Shown piece by piece: positions 63,775 through 64,000 of a DNA stretch of 64,000 nt. Within the stretch, counting starts at the first letter, position 1, and each line of letters begins with the position of its first letter. Origin of the DNA: Mytilus californianus (taxonomy: Eukaryota); the NCBI RefSeq assembly GCF_021869535.1, contig NW_026262734.1, positions 40,024,487 to 40,088,486 on the forward strand, read 5' to 3'. The notes under the pieces were generated by a model. That model did not search any database and had not been told where the DNA came from. It saw nothing but the letters and a program-made list of their open reading frames with translations. The translations under genes were made by a program, and so were the position numbers.

Positions 63775-64000
63775 TGGTATGATTGCTGATGACACAACTC
63801 TCCACCAGATGACGTAGAAGTTTGCAGGTTACCGTACAACAATGAGCAAAACCCATACTACATGGTAAGCTATAAAAGGCCCCGAAATGACAAACTTAAA
63901 ACAATTCAAACGAGAAATTTAAACTAACGGCATGATTTATAAACTTAAACGAAAAACAAATATGATATACAGCAACAGACGACATCCACTGAAGTACATA
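63775..64000 (+). mobile_element. SINE-like repeat, copy truncated by window end
   Basis: ggtggtatgattgctgatgacacaactctcca...caacaatgagcaaaacccatac...ggccccgaaatgacaaacttaaaacaattcaaacgag...aaaaacaaatatgatatacagcaacagacgacatccactgaa. Confidence 0.7.

Overview
This window is AT-rich eukaryotic genomic DNA with GT-AG introns. It carries three protein-coding loci in a very repeat-dense background. The MVP orthology and the satellite-carrying transposons suggest a bivalve mollusc, but that is an inference. No CRISPR array and no tRNA or rRNA gene could be supported.

Coding loci:
- The 3' end of a cytochrome P450 gene on the + strand. Two terminal exons are visible (1444..1509 and 3787..3892), carrying the NCIGMNFA heme-ligand motif, a stop codon and an AATAAA signal.
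- An 807-nt ORF on the - strand (7697..8503) that encodes a charged, heptad-rich coiled-coil protein of unknown family.
- A complete major vault protein (MVP) gene on the + strand. The ATG is at 31399 and the stop at 47113. I reconstruct 12 coding exons giving about 858 aa, contiguous with vertebrate MVP along the whole length.

Repeats and mobile elements:
- Nine copies of one composite non-autonomous element family. One end is a near-perfect hairpin TATACGACCGCAAAA(n)TTTTGCGGTCGTATA; the other end is GATACGACCGCAGAGGTCGAACCCTGAACAGTTGGGG. Each copy carries internal satellites: a ~160-bp unit, a 35-bp unit and a ~133-bp unit that is organised as a 397-bp higher-order repeat. I interpret them as Helitron2/Helentron-type elements with internal satellite arrays (HINE-like). 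One 2.5-kb copy sits inside MVP intron 5.
- A SINE-like short interspersed family in both orientations.
- Two Stowaway-like MITEs with TA target-site duplications, one of them nested in a 58-bp minisatellite.
- Several foldback or long-TIR elements, further satellites, microsatellites and homopolymer G/C tracts.

Most unusual observation: three separate MVP splice junctions (the exon 3 acceptor and the exon 4 and exon 10 donors) each sit inside short tandem arrays of 3 to 5 copies. The units are 54 to 73 bp and each copies the exon edge plus its splice site, creating decoy acceptors and donors.

I could not identify anything resembling a prokaryote-style defence system.
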